NCBI GenBank assembly: GCA_033442325.1
Contig: JAWQFM010000005.1
Location: 2,308,477 to 2,372,476 of the forward strand
Direction: 5' to 3'
Length of the DNA: 64,000 nucleotides
From: Salpingoeca rosetta
Lineage: Eukaryota; Protista; Choanoflagellata
Shown here: positions 46,380 through 58,800 of the stretch, piece by piece
How positions within the stretch are numbered: the stretch's first letter is position 1
How the letters are laid out: each line of letters begins with the position of its first letter
Notes under the pieces: generated by a model
What the model saw: only the letters and a program-made list of their open reading frames with translations
Database searches by the model: none
What the model was told of the DNA's origin: nothing
Position numbers and translations under genes: made by a program

Positions 46380-48730
46380 GCACACACTTGCTCACCGTTG
46401 TGTGGTGACAGAACAACTGCCATCGGCCACCGACATGCAGCGGCGGCCCTGAGAATGGATCATGCAACCTCTCAAACAGTGAGCAGTTGAGGGAGGGGGA
46501 AATGACATCAACCACCATCACAGCCAATGTGTGTGTGTGTGCATGGGGTTGTGTTCCTTCTCATTTTTTTTTCCTTCTTTCTCCTCCTCTCTGCCTGTGT
46601 TTCACGCTGCTCACTGCTGTTGCTTGCTTGTTTGTGGTGGTGCGTGTAGATGCATGTATTCCATCATCAGCAGCAGCAGCAGGTGCTGGCTGATGCGTGA
46701 GCCAGTGGGCAACTCCCACCAACCAACCCACAAATGACTACATGCTGACGGATGAAGTGATGATCGAACTGCATCACCCAGACATGTGTGTGTGTGTGTG
46801 TGTGTGTCGACGTGCATGTTCTCTTCTCCACCCACCCATACGCCATCATCACCACCTCTCATGTTCTTGTGTGTTTGCTCACATCCTTCCTATCCTCAAC
46901 ACCACTGTCACCACCCTCCTCCCTCCACGCTTGTTTTTCCTTCCTTTCGGCTGTCGCCACACAACAGGGCCCTTGAGCCAACAGCTGTCACCCCCACCCC
47001 CTCCTGCACCAACCACCACTGCTGTGGTGGGATGAACAGATGGGCGCTGCCATGTGATGACCATCCAGCCACCCTTGTGCGGTTGTGGAAACAGCAACAC
47101 CAACTCACACCACAACACAAACAAGCAAGCGATGAGCAACGTGAGTGCATCACTGCACGTATGTGTGCATGCTGCGCACCGCACCAGTGTGCTGTGGTTG
47201 TGGTCGCTGTCTCTGCTGTTCCTGTCTCCCCTTGTTGTCCCACACCAACGTGTACATGTGTGTGGTGCGGCTGCCTGCTTTGCTCTGCTTAATGCGCTGT
47301 CTCATTCTTCGTTCTCACACACGACTGCCTGCACACCTGCACATTTTCCACCTTGCAGCCGCTGTTCGTCTTCCCCGCCTCTTTCTCGCCCTCCCTGACG
47401 GCCATCACAACAACAACAACAGCAGCAGCAGCCAACACACCCTCCACCGCCGATGCAGCAGCAGCAGAGGATGCACCACCACTTGCTGCTGAACACATCC
47501 CAGCCAACCAACCAACCAACCAACCCATCGTCCACTGCTGCGCCCGCTGCTGCTGGGAACAGGTGGCGACAGCACAAGTTGCATTTTCCGCTGGAAGCAG
47601 CAGCAAGCAGAGGTGAGGGCGAGAAGAAGAGGGGAAGGGAGAGGAGATGTGTGTTGGCTGGGTGGATGGATGGATGAGTGAGGTGAGGTGGGGGATGCTG
47701 GGTGAGTGTGATGTGGTGTGGTGTGGTGTGGTGTGGCTGGCTGGTGACAGAGCATGGTGGTGTGTGATGGTGTGAGGAAGAGGGATGGATGGAGGGATGG
47801 GGTGCAGCATGTCTTGTTCCTTCCCTTCTGTTTTTCTGCTTTCTCTCCCTTCCCTTTCTTCTTCACACACATGCATGCACAACATCAGCAGTGGCACCAC
47901 CAGTGTGACTTCGCACATATCCATGGCCCCTCTTCCCTCCCACTCACTCACCATGCTGGTGCTCGCACACAAACACACTTACAGGCGATGCACACGCACA
48001 AGCAGCAGGATGAGGGAGATGTTGAGGATACTTGCCACGCGTGCCAGGTGCACTCGTCTCACATATGGTATGTGGGTGGTGATGAGTGGTTGGTTGGTTG
48101 TGTGATGGGGTGGGGTGGCGGTGATGGGATGTGGTGAAGTGAACAAGGGAAGAGGGGTTGATGGGGGATGATGGTCACATACACTAACACACGCACACGT
48201 GGTGCGTGCGATGTCAATCACTTCTTCTGCTGTGCTGACGTGATGGCTTGCTCTGTTCCTGTTGTGTTCTGTTCCCATCCACGTTCCCTGCAACCACACA
48301 CACACACACACACACACATGCACAGGTGGTGAGGTACCAGCACACATCACTTGGAAGCGGGCTCGCATGCCGGCTGCTGCAGCTGCAACCACCGTGATTC
48401 GGCTGTCGCTGCTGTGTTCATGCAGTGTTCCCATATGTGAGCGAGGTGAGCCCATCATGCATGCTTTGGTTGGCACATGGTGGATGTGTTGCTGTTGCTG
48501 CTGTGGGTGTTTGCTGTTACTGCTGCTGCTGTGCCTGGTGTATCAGCGTAGCTGCGCCGCTCACATGCCATGTGTGTGTATGTGTATGCAGGGGGGGCGA
48601 CTGCCTGAGGATCGTTGGAAGATGATGGGCGGTGCACACGTGATGGAATGGGAGGAGCAGCTGTGGACACACACACACGTCCATGGTCATGGTGGCCACA
48701 TCCTATCACAGCGACGCAGTCAGTCGCAGA

Positions 48731-48763
<33 letters not shown>

Positions 48764-51515
48764 GTGTGTGTGAGGAGGAGGAGGAGGAAAGCAGAGGAGG
48801 GTCAGGAAGGTGAATACGCCTGCTGTGCTCACATGCCATGCCTGTGTCTTGTGTGTGATGATATCGTTGTGTCTTGTCGTTGTATGTTGGTTGCATGGGC
48901 ACCAGGGCCACATCAGAGGAGGGGGAAGAAAGCCGCCATGAACGACACATCATCATCATCATCATCATCAACCTTCCCCATTTCGCTCTCCTTTCTCTCC
49001 TCTTCCACCTAAGCTCCGCTGTCATCGTCATCTCCATTGCCATCGACCACACAGCCGACATCACACGCCGGCCGACACAAGCCCCAATCTGGCGTGAGGC
49101 AGACATTGCACATGTCAGTCGCTCTCATGAAGAGGTGAGCAATGTGTGTGTGTGCGTGGTGGTGAGTGGGGACAACATGTATGTGTGTGATTGTGTGACA
49201 ATGCGTGTGATTGGATGAGGCTGGCGTGTGGTTGATGATGCTTCGCCGTCAACCTCATCCGTCCCTGCATCCTCCCATCTTCTGTGCATGCACACACACG
49301 CTTCACAGCGTTGAGGAGGCACATGAAGCGGTGGAACCAACGAGGATGACGATGACGATGATGAAGGTGAGAGGGGCGACTGATATATATGTGTGTGTGT
49401 GGTTGACACGCTGTGCTTCCTTCTTCGCCTCCCACTTTCTTTGTCTGTTCTGTCCACTCATGTGTCTTTCTTCTCCCCCCTTTTTTTCGATTGACTTGGA
49501 CACAGGCCCATGCATTCCATCTCCATCCAATCGACCAACCAAGCAGCCGAGCGAGCGAGCAAAGGACACGGCGCAGCAAGGGGCCGTTTGTTTTCACCGT
49601 TTCCACCAACACCACCAGCAGCAGCAACAGGTGATGGCTGGCTGCATTGTGGATGAACTGGCCCTCTGTCTCTCGTCCATCTCGTCCATCTCCTCCTCCT
49701 CCTCGTTGTCGTCGTTGGTCACCAACAGCAGCGGCTGCGGCCGTGGATGTGGAGGTGAGATGAATGGTGGTGGTTGTGGTGATGTGGGTGGCGTGTGATG
49801 TGTTGGGTGTGAACATCAGCATGTGCGGGGGTGTGTGATTGTGAGGTGTAGGTTGGATGTCGTTGGGTCTGTTGGTGGTGGCAATGGGTTTTGTTGTCGT
49901 TGACAGCCTGATTCTGTGACAACTCACCTCTTTCTCCACACGCACACGTACAGGGGGTGTAATGTGCGTCGATGTGCCGTTGCCTCGCATGACGATGACG
50001 ATGATGGTGGTGAGTGACTTGTGGTGCATGTAGACAGCGCACGCACACGCATGTGCAAGTGTTGTGCTGCTTGTGCTGCTTGTGGTGGTGGTGGTGGCGG
50101 TGGTGAGAATGTGACATGTGCGTGCACAGGTGATGATGTGGGTGATGTGAAGGTAACAAAGGAGGTGGATGTGGTTTGTTTCTGCCATGCTGGCTCGCTG
50201 CGTGGTGTCATTCTTGCTGATTTGGTTCTTTGTGCTTGCGCATGTGTGCATGTGTGTGATTTTGCACAGGACGGTGGCCGATCTCTTCCCGAGTCCCCAT
50301 GACACGACCAGGACGATACACGCACACACAAATGTGCTAGAAAAGAAGGCACGAGGTGAGACGCTGCCGCTGTGTGTGTGTGTGTGTGTGTGTGTGTGGT
50401 GTGGTGATGGGTGGTAGTACTCATTCGCACGCACGCGCATGTACACATGCACGCCAACACATCAGAGCAGTCATTGGCTGTGGGGTGGTTGCACTGACGT
50501 GTGTCTCACATGAATCAATCACACAACTCAAATGTGCGTGTGCGTGTGTGCGTGGCTGCAGGCGGAGGTGTGCGGGTTTCCCCAACCGATTTCCCTTCCT
50601 CCTTTCCCAACCAATCGCCTTTGCTCTGTGTCGTCATCATCATCAGCCTTCCCCATGTGATGTGGAGCTGTTGAGGCGTGATCGAGACTGCGGCCAACAC
50701 AGGTATTTCAGCAGTGGTGGATATGGTGGATGTGGTGATGTGCCTGCTTGCTTGCTTCGTTGGGTGCTTGCTTCGTCGTTCTTGTGTAGGTGATGCACCC
50801 CACCCACAACATGATGCATGTTCCCATGCGTGGCCCCTTTTGTCCCACCTTTCCTGTCCTCACCACCACCGGTCATTGTTGTTCGTCTCTGGTTGGTTTC
50901 TCCTTGCCTCACAGGCATTCACGCAGGCAGGGCTGGCTCGCTGCTGCTGCTGGTGCTGCTGTGATGATGGCCGTGCATGTGCTTGTGCGCTGTGCACCGT
51001 GTTTGGGGCTGCACCGATGAGGACAAGGAAGGACACGGCCCGTGCCCACCATTCTTCCCCCCTTCGTCTTCTCTTTCTGCTCCATCAGCGATGACGATGG
51101 TGGCCGTGGCATGTGATTGGGGTTCCTTCTTCTGCTTCGCTGTGGCACATTGGCTGGCTGGCTGGCTGCATCAGGCACAGGTGAGGATGATCGTTGGCGG
51201 TTGATTGCTTGGTTGGTGGGCTGTGTTGTGTGGAGTGGTGGGAAGCAGGGGAAGGAGGGAAGTGACACGGCGATGGTGGTGGTGGTGATGGTGGTGCGAC
51301 GTGGGAGTGCAGAGCGAAAGGAGGGAGAGGGAAGGGAAGTGATAGGAGGGCGATGATGTTGGTTGAGGGATGGGGAGTGCGTATGCACATGCACGTGATG
51401 TCATGTGGTGGTAATATCACATGACAATGACACATATATCAGCGGCTCATTCCTGTTGCTTGCACCTGTGTGATTGTGTGATTGTGAGCACGCCGACAGC
51501 GACACGCTGCACGAG

Positions 51516-51615
51516 NNNNNNNNNNNNNNNNNNNNNNNNNNNNNNNNNNNNNNNNNNNNNNNNNNNNNNNNNNNNNNNNNNNNNNNNNNNNNNNNNNNNN
51601 NNNNNNNNNNNNNNN
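51516..51615. other. Assembly gap (100 N, probably unknown size)
   Basis: Run of N. The AP-4 mu gene runs into it. Confidence 1.
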
Positions 51616-51631
51616 CACACACACACACAAC

Positions 51632-51692
<61 letters not shown>

Positions 51693-51737
51693 AGAGCAAG
51701 CAGCGTGCCGCTTTGGTGCCCCTTGCGAATCAGCGCA

Positions 51738-52067
51738 CCTTCCGTTCTTGTCAAAGAGGACCGTGAGGCGTTCGAGGAGGTCAAGGTAGATCTCGTTCTT
51801 CGCGTCTTGGTCGTGCACCCGCCGCCGCAGGGAGATGGGCTTGTTCGGCGCAGAGCTTGGTTTCGACCTGCAAATACATGCGCACACACGCACGCACACA
51901 TACAAACACAGAGGCACACACAGACACAGACACAGACACACATGCACACAGACACACAGAGGCACACAGACACACATATGTCAATTGGTGACACGAACAT
52001 TCGTAAGGGTTGCACGCCGCAGGCACGCAACAAGGCAGACGTACAAACAGATCAAAGCGCGCACGCG

Positions 52068-52108
<41 letters not shown>

Positions 52109-53316
52109 AAGAGCAGCCACCGCACTTCTTTCGCTCCATGCCGCGAAGCGTGGGCTTCTCCACGGGGGCGAGGGAGACGGGGTCCTTGTAGATGTGCGCC
52201 CGCAGCGCCTCGGTCGCCGTGTTCTGCCCATAGCTGCACACACAGATACACAGGCAGACACAGACGCAAACACAGGCAGATAGACAAACAGACAGACACA
52301 CACACGCACGTGTGAACGTGTAGTTGATGTCATGATAAAGCACAGTATGTAAGTTCGCGTGTGGATATGTGATGCAATGTGTCTGCCGGCGCTTGTTGAA
52401 CAAATCGCAGGCGTGAGCACCACCTAGGCCACCAGCCCATTCATTCCATGCGAGCGCCACAACGCACCCAAAGTCGATAATTTCATCGAGAAGCTCGTAG
52501 ACGAGGACAAAGTTGACGCGCATGCTCTCCTCAGACAGCACGCCGCAGTAGTCCTTGATCAGGCCCGACACGCTGGCTCCGTCGAACAGGACGAGGGCGC
52601 GCCGGGCAAACGTGGGAATGGGGCCGGGAAGTGGAAAGAAAGGGGAGAGAAGCGGAAAATGGTATGTTAGCATCTCAAGAGCACACGTAATGCATCGTTG
52701 CACGATTCTCTTTGTGTTCGAGTTCAGTTGCGGCACAGGACAAACACACACACACACACACACACAACATAGCTGCTTTTACCGTTGGAGGAGCTCTAGG
52801 GTCATGGCGGGCGACACATTGAACTTGGTCGTGCACACAAAGTAGAGGCCATTGCGCTTGATGTGCAGGAAGTGAATGTCCTCAATGGACTGCGCACGAA
52901 AAACACACATTGGTTGGTAGCTTGCAGGTGAGCATGGACAATACCAACACGGGGAAGGAGTGTGGCTGTATTTGTGGTTGTATTTGTGAGTGTGTGCGTG
53001 TGCGTGTGCGTGCATGTGGTTGAAAATATGCGTGGGCGTGCATGTGCGCACTTCTTTGTGGTTGTTTGTGTTTGATTGTGTTGTGCGTGCGTGAGGGTGG
53101 ACACATGTGCGTTGCTTGCGTTGCTTCACTGGACTCACAAAAACTGGAGGCGGCTCTGTGCTCCAGGACTTGAGCTTGCGGAAGAAAATCTCCGGGGTGC
53201 CTTTGTGGTCAGGTGCAACCAGTGAGCGGGGGAACGGTCAGTGCAACATGACAAAACAATAAGGGGAGCTCAGCACTTGAGTCATCCAAAGCCGAGCAAG
53301 GAAACAGAAAACAAGG

Positions 53317-53377
<61 letters not shown>

Positions 53378-53459
53378 CACCTCGAACAACATCTGGACGA
53401 TAGTTGCGGGACACGATCGTGTCGCCACGAGACGTCAAGATAAAGACTTGCGAAATCAT
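51738..53459 (-). CDS. AP4M1: AP-4 complex mu subunit, 5' part (3' part presumably lost in the gap)
   Basis: Spliced: MISQVFILTSRGDTIVSRNYRPDVVR|GTPEIFFRKLK..PPPVF|SIEDIHFLHIKRNGLYFVCTTKFNVSPAMTLELLQR|..LIKDYCGVLSEESMRVNFVLVYELLDEIIDFG|YGQNTATEALR..|..KNEIYLDLLERLTVLFDKNG. The MISQxFIL, NVSP and DYCGxL motifs are typical of mu4. Confidence 0.88.
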
Positions 53460-54062
53460 TCTCGGGGCGTCACTGGTTCAGCACCTCCACTCCACTCTGG
53501 CAAGCAACCACTGCCGTGATGACACAAGACGGACAACACACCACCTCGCTCACAGGACGCACACACACACACACACTGCCAGCACTCTGAGCAAGCAAGC
53601 CACAGCAGCCACAGCAGCAGGAGCTTTCGTCGCGTTCCGCACACAGCCAGGCAATCTGGAGGATTAGTGGATATTTTGCCACAATAATCTACACAGCTGT
53701 GTGCGGTGTTGGCAGCGAAACAGCCAACACTGCACTGCGCCTGATGTGTCGTGCTGGCACTGCTGCTGTGGTTGCTGTTGTTGGTGGCTGGCCTTGTGTG
53801 GTGTGCATACACCGCCACGCAGCAGGTGTTACCGCAGTCATGCGTGCGCGGTGTTGTGGCTGTGCATCTACAAGTGCGATGGATTGATGGGAAGCGTTCA
53901 TTTTTTTCAGCGACATCAGTCACGCAAGGACAAGAAGAAGGAACGCACACGTACCCGCACACGCACGAACTCACGCACACGCACACGCAGCTGTCAACCG
54001 CACTCCACCCCCCTCCAAAGCAGCCTTCTCCGCGCCTCAATTCGCCCAACAGCAAGGACACC

Positions 54063-55028
54063 ATGGGTCTCAGCATCAGCAAGCTCTTTGACTGGCTCCG
54101 AGGCGACCGCGATATCCGCGTCGTCATGGTTGGCCTCGACGCCGCTGGCAAAACAACAATGTGAGTGCACGTGTGTGCGTATGCATCTATGTGTGTATGC
54201 GTGTGTGTGTTTGTGTGTATGTGTGTATGTATTTGTATGTTTGTCGTTAGTGTGTGTGTGTGCGCTGCGTATGTGTGGTGAATGTGTTGGTGTTGGTTGT
54301 GCTCACCTGTGCTTGTCATGTGTCTCACATGGCGTCGCTTCTATGTGCAGCTTGTACAAGATGAAGCTGGGCGAAGTCATCACGACCATCCCGACCATCG
54401 GCTTCAACGTGGAGTCTGTTCAGTACAAGTCGCTCAACATGACGGTGTGGGACGTCGGTGGCCAGACCAAGATCCGCCCCCTTTGGAAGTACTACTACCA
54501 GAACACAAATGCCGTCATCTACGTGTGCGATAGCACGGACGGCGAGCGCTTCAACGAGGCACGGGAGGAGCTCCACACCCTCTTGAAATCGGTTAGTCAA
54601 CACCTCCGTGTGTGTGCGTGTGTGCGTGTGTGCGTGCGTGCGCGCGTGTGTGTGTGTGTGTGGCGGCGTTTGCGATGCATACGCATGCGCGTTGTCGCCT
54701 GCGTGTGTGCTTGATGCTGGTTGCACGCTTGCTTGGCCGTGCCTGGGTTTCTTCAAGTGCTCACAACCAATCTTTGCGCCATGCACGCATTGGTTGCTTT
54801 GTGGTGTTGTGACAGGATGAGCTGCGGAACGCACACTTGCTGGTGTATGCAAACAAGCAGGACGCGCCCAACGCACAGAAGCCCACGGAGGTTGCGGCGA
54901 AGCTCGGGCTGTCTGACATCAGGGATCGCCCCTGGTACATCCAATCATCCTCGGCCGTCTCTGGCGAGGGCTTGTATGAAGGCATGGACTGGCTCGCGCG
55001 CAGCCTGCGCCAAGCATCCGCAAACTAA
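54063..55028 (+). CDS. ARF: ADP-ribosylation factor family GTPase
   Basis: Exons 54063-54160, 54351-54591 and 54816-55028: MGLSISKLF (myristoylation), [46 protein letters not shown]. Confidence 0.95.
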
Positions 55029-55370
55029 CAAGCAAGCGAGCAAGCTCTTTTTTTTTTTTTTGTGTATGAACATGCCCTTGTGTGAGAGAGGGAGAGAGAG
55101 AGAGTGTGTGTGTGTGCTTGTGTGTGAGTGCGTTTGTTGAGGGTGAGGGTGCTTGAATATGTGAGGAGTCGTGTGTGTGTGTGTGTGTGTGTCTTGCAAT
55201 GCAATCAACGCGTCAGGATCAATAAATGAAACCAACCACCACTGGTGTGTGAGACGTGAGACCTGAGACGTGAGATGCGCGATGTGACATCTCCATTGTA
55301 GAAAATCTATTGAAATCTTTGACGAAGCGACACGGATAAGGCACTGCAACAACAACGACAAAAGAAGAAG

Positions 55371-55967
55371 ATGATGAGCATCGTAGTGTTGTGGGTGTTG
55401 TTGCTGGGGTTTGCAGTGGCCACCACGACCAGCGGCAGCATCAGCATCAACACCAACAGCTATCATGTTGCGCAGGGTGGGCGTTTGTTGAACCAAGTGC
55501 CCTTCATCTTTTCGCACGATGCAGGAACAGGTACGTGTACGATGTTGGAACGCATGTCACTGGCAGGGCTAGTGGAGCTTTTCGGGTGGCAGGCATGAAC
55601 ATGTGTGCGCGCGCCGTGTATGTGTGTGTGTGTGTGTGTGTGTGCGTGCGTGTGTGTGGGTGCTGGCGGCGAATCGAGTGTCCTTTACTGACGTTCGTTC
55701 TTGATGGCTGACATGATGCGCAAGCAGTCGGCACATCCTTGTGACTTGGATTCATATTCTCACCCTTGGTATCTATGTGTGCAGGGTATTTGGAGAAGGA
55801 CAACGTCGTGACGCACTGGGCCAAGACACAAACGGTTGGATTCGCGGGACAGGTGAGACGATGGATGGATGCACGTCAGTGAAGGTGCAACATGTGCATG
55901 TAGAGGACTCAGGGGGTACTCACAAAGTATTCTCACCACACACATGCACAATTTCACACGGACACAC

Positions 55968-56015
<48 letters not shown>

Positions 56016-56235
56016 ACACGCACACACACGCACACACACACACACACACACAAACACACACATTCGTGGACTGTGGATCGCGTGGGTTCGATCTGAGACC
56101 GAAAGTGGTGGGCGGAGAGCTGATGATGCACCACGGCGATGTCGATGTGCACAAGCTGGTGAAGGAGGCCATGGCCGAGGTTGTTGAATGGGCTGGTAGG
56201 AACCAGTCTGAACTCGTCATTCCATATGTCATGTT
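55371..56235 (+). pseudogene. Secreted PI-PLC X-domain (PLC-like phosphodiesterase) protein, truncated or degenerate
   Basis: Signal peptide MMSIVVLWVLLLGFAVA; LNQVPFIFSHDAGT|GYL..WAKTQTVGFAGQ|..DCGSRGFDLRP..LMMHHG..EAMAEVVEWAGRNQSELVI matches the PI-PLC-X pattern (SHD, TQ, QLxxGxRxFDLR, HHG, NxxExV). The third exon lacks an obvious AG acceptor and homology ends at ~56230. Confidence 0.65.
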
Positions 56236-57335
56236 CCGCAGGCCATCGCGCAGTTCAGCTGTACACGAGAGGGGGGGGGGGTGTCAAGGGCGTGGGTTAG
56301 GCCATGATGATGAGCGTGCCAGTTCAGAAGCGCAACGGGTTGCGCAAGAACAAGAACAGCAACAAGAACAACAAGAACAAGAACAAACAACAACAACAAG
56401 AACAACAACAACAAGAACAAGAACGACGACAACGCACCGCTGAAGCATGCTTGAGCCGTGTCCTTGAGTGAGGCTGGCACGTCGGCCACCACCTTGTCCA
56501 GCTGCTTGTCAAACTTGTCCAGCGGCTCAGAGGGGCTGCATCGTGCGGCCGCCGACACATCCACGGCGTCCTCGATGGTGCCAATCCCGCGCACCTCCAG
56601 GAGACGCTGCACCATTGCATCCGTCAGCAGGTGCTTCTCCTTGTAGAACTGCGTGTCGTTGGACGCAATGTACTTGTCAAAGCCGTGGCGGATGGTGCGT
56701 GAGTACGTCGCTTCCTCTTGCACCTTGAACACCACCTCCTCCTGCGGCTTCAGGTGGAACGCGAACCGGCTGAACCCTGTCGATGCCTTGACGCAATTGT
56801 CCGTGGTGATCACACTGTACCCGTTGTCCGCGTTGCTGGCGGTGTGATCCACATACACGGTCTTCGGCAGGGCCTCCGTGGAGTTGTTCTTGAGCGTGTA
56901 GGTGGTCTCTCGGCGACACAGGTACGTAATCTCGAGCCCCCGCACCGTCTCTGTCTTGCGCAGGCCGCTGGGGACGGTTGCAAGCTTCATGTCGGAGATG
57001 GCCTCGTCCTTCTTGCCCACGGTCGCGGTCACACTCACGCTCGTGTCCAGGCCGTAACGGATAATCTGCAGCAGGAGAAGGAGGGAGGGGAGGGGGACGT
57101 AATATGAGTGGCATTTCGCCAGACATACGGCAAGCTACAATTGCGTATTGTAGCTGGGGCATCGAACACAGATACACAGACAAACAGATACATGCAGGCA
57201 GGCAGGAAGACAGACAGACAAACAGATACATGCAGGCAGGCAGGAAGATAGACAGACAAACAGATACGTGCAGGCAGGCAGGAAGATAGACAGACAAACA
57301 GATACGTGCAGACAGACAGACACAGATACAGACAG

Positions 57336-57412
<77 letters not shown>

Positions 57413-57694
57413 CCAATCAACCAACCTGGTCGTCCTTGGGGAGCATGGGGGCAAACTCGACCTGACCGGCGAAGCGACCGCCCTCCAGGATGCTGACAGT
57501 GCCGTTGCACAGCACGTCGTCAGTCGTGTTCTCAATGTGGAACGCACGCATGGCGTTGACCTGCAGCGGGAGAAGAATGTAAGCCAGGCGACGGCGAAGG
57601 TCCGAGATGATGAGTTAGGATGATACACAAGATGGCAGACACTGCAAAAGAGAGGCACACAGGAAATTACAGACACACACACACACACACAGAC

Positions 57695-57729
<35 letters not shown>

Positions 57730-58245
57730 TACACACACACACACACACACGCACACACACAAATACCGCCGCACCTCGTTGATCTTGCGATCGTAGACGA
57801 CAACGCGTTTGCCCGTGATGGCGTACTCCTGGACAGGAACAATGGCGCTCGCCTTGGCACGAAGGGTCACGCGCTGCTTCACATCGTAGATGACGTGCTC
57901 CGAAATCCCGGACATTTGCATTGCATCGAGTGATTCAAAGTTGCTGGCATCCTCCCGGTCGCCGGACTTTGGCGCGCTCGATCCACGCAGACGCAGCACA
58001 AGATGAAGCGTGGATTCCTGGTTGATGTGCACACGCGTGCGTGCGTGTTTGGGTGGGTTTGTGTGCGTAAGCACACGTGCGTGTCAACAAATGGTACATG
58101 TGAGTGGGGGTGGGGAGATGACGTATGATCAAAGTGTAGATGCACCACATTGTTGTCGATAGTGCACGAACAACACAACACCTTTTGGATGTTGTAGTCG
58201 GCGAGGGTGCGCTGGTCCTCCAACTGCTTCCCGGCAAAGATGAGC
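56230..58245 (-). CDS. DUF4139-like protein with an internal ubiquitin domain (5' end in gap, 3' end unclear)
   Basis: Exons 58245-58182 (LIFAGKQLEDQRTLADYNIQK), 58017-57775 (ESTLHLVLRLRGSSAP...EHVIYDVKQRVTLRAKASAIVPV), ~57560-57426 (AFHIENTTDDVLCNGTVSILEGGRFAGQVEF) and 57066-~56437 (IIRYGLDTSVSV...RRETTYTLKNNS..VYVDH..F.LKPQEEVVFKVQEE). Confidence 0.75.
57177..57330. repeat. Minisatellite, ~4 copies of a ~38-bp unit, intronic
   Basis: agacaaacagatac(a/g)tgcaggcaggcaggaaga(c/t)agac repeated in tandem. Confidence 0.85.
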
Positions 58246-58420
58246 CTGAGACGACAAAAAAAAAATAGGCAGGTGCACAGTTGCAAAACGCGAGACAAGA
58301 ACAGGGTGAGGCGTGGTTCATCTGGTGCACACAGAGGGTGGACGGAGAGAGAGAGAGAGAGAGAAGGGGGGGGGAGGGGGAAAGAGAGGTAGAGACAGAC
58401 AGAAACTCAACAGACACCCA

Positions 58421-58454
<34 letters not shown>

Positions 58455-58475
58455 ACACACACACACACACACACA

Positions 58476-58575
58476 NNNNNNNNNNNNNNNNNNNNNNNNN
58501 NNNNNNNNNNNNNNNNNNNNNNNNNNNNNNNNNNNNNNNNNNNNNNNNNNNNNNNNNNNNNNNNNNNNNNNNNNN
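58476..58575. other. Assembly gap (100 N, probably unknown size)
   Basis: Run of N. Confidence 1.
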
Positions 58576-58624
58576 AAGCCCTTGCACATGTGTATGTATG
58601 ATGACAGCCACATTCAACGACTCA

Positions 58625-58717
58625 CGATGAAGGTGTCAATTCGGCGGTTTGGATCCACCTCCATCCTCTCAACAGCATCGGCCCACGACGCTGTACGCAT
58701 ACATGATGGTGGGCGTG

Positions 58718-58800
<83 letters not shown>

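Noticed and set aside
49115-50452. 445-aa minus-strand ORF
   Set aside because: Low-complexity H/T-rich translation of TG-rich DNA with no domain or exon structure.
57975-58245. Polyubiquitin or ubiquitin-ribosomal protein fusion gene
   Set aside because: Only one ubiquitin unit is visible, it ends in GS, and the fused sequence is neither L40 nor S27a.
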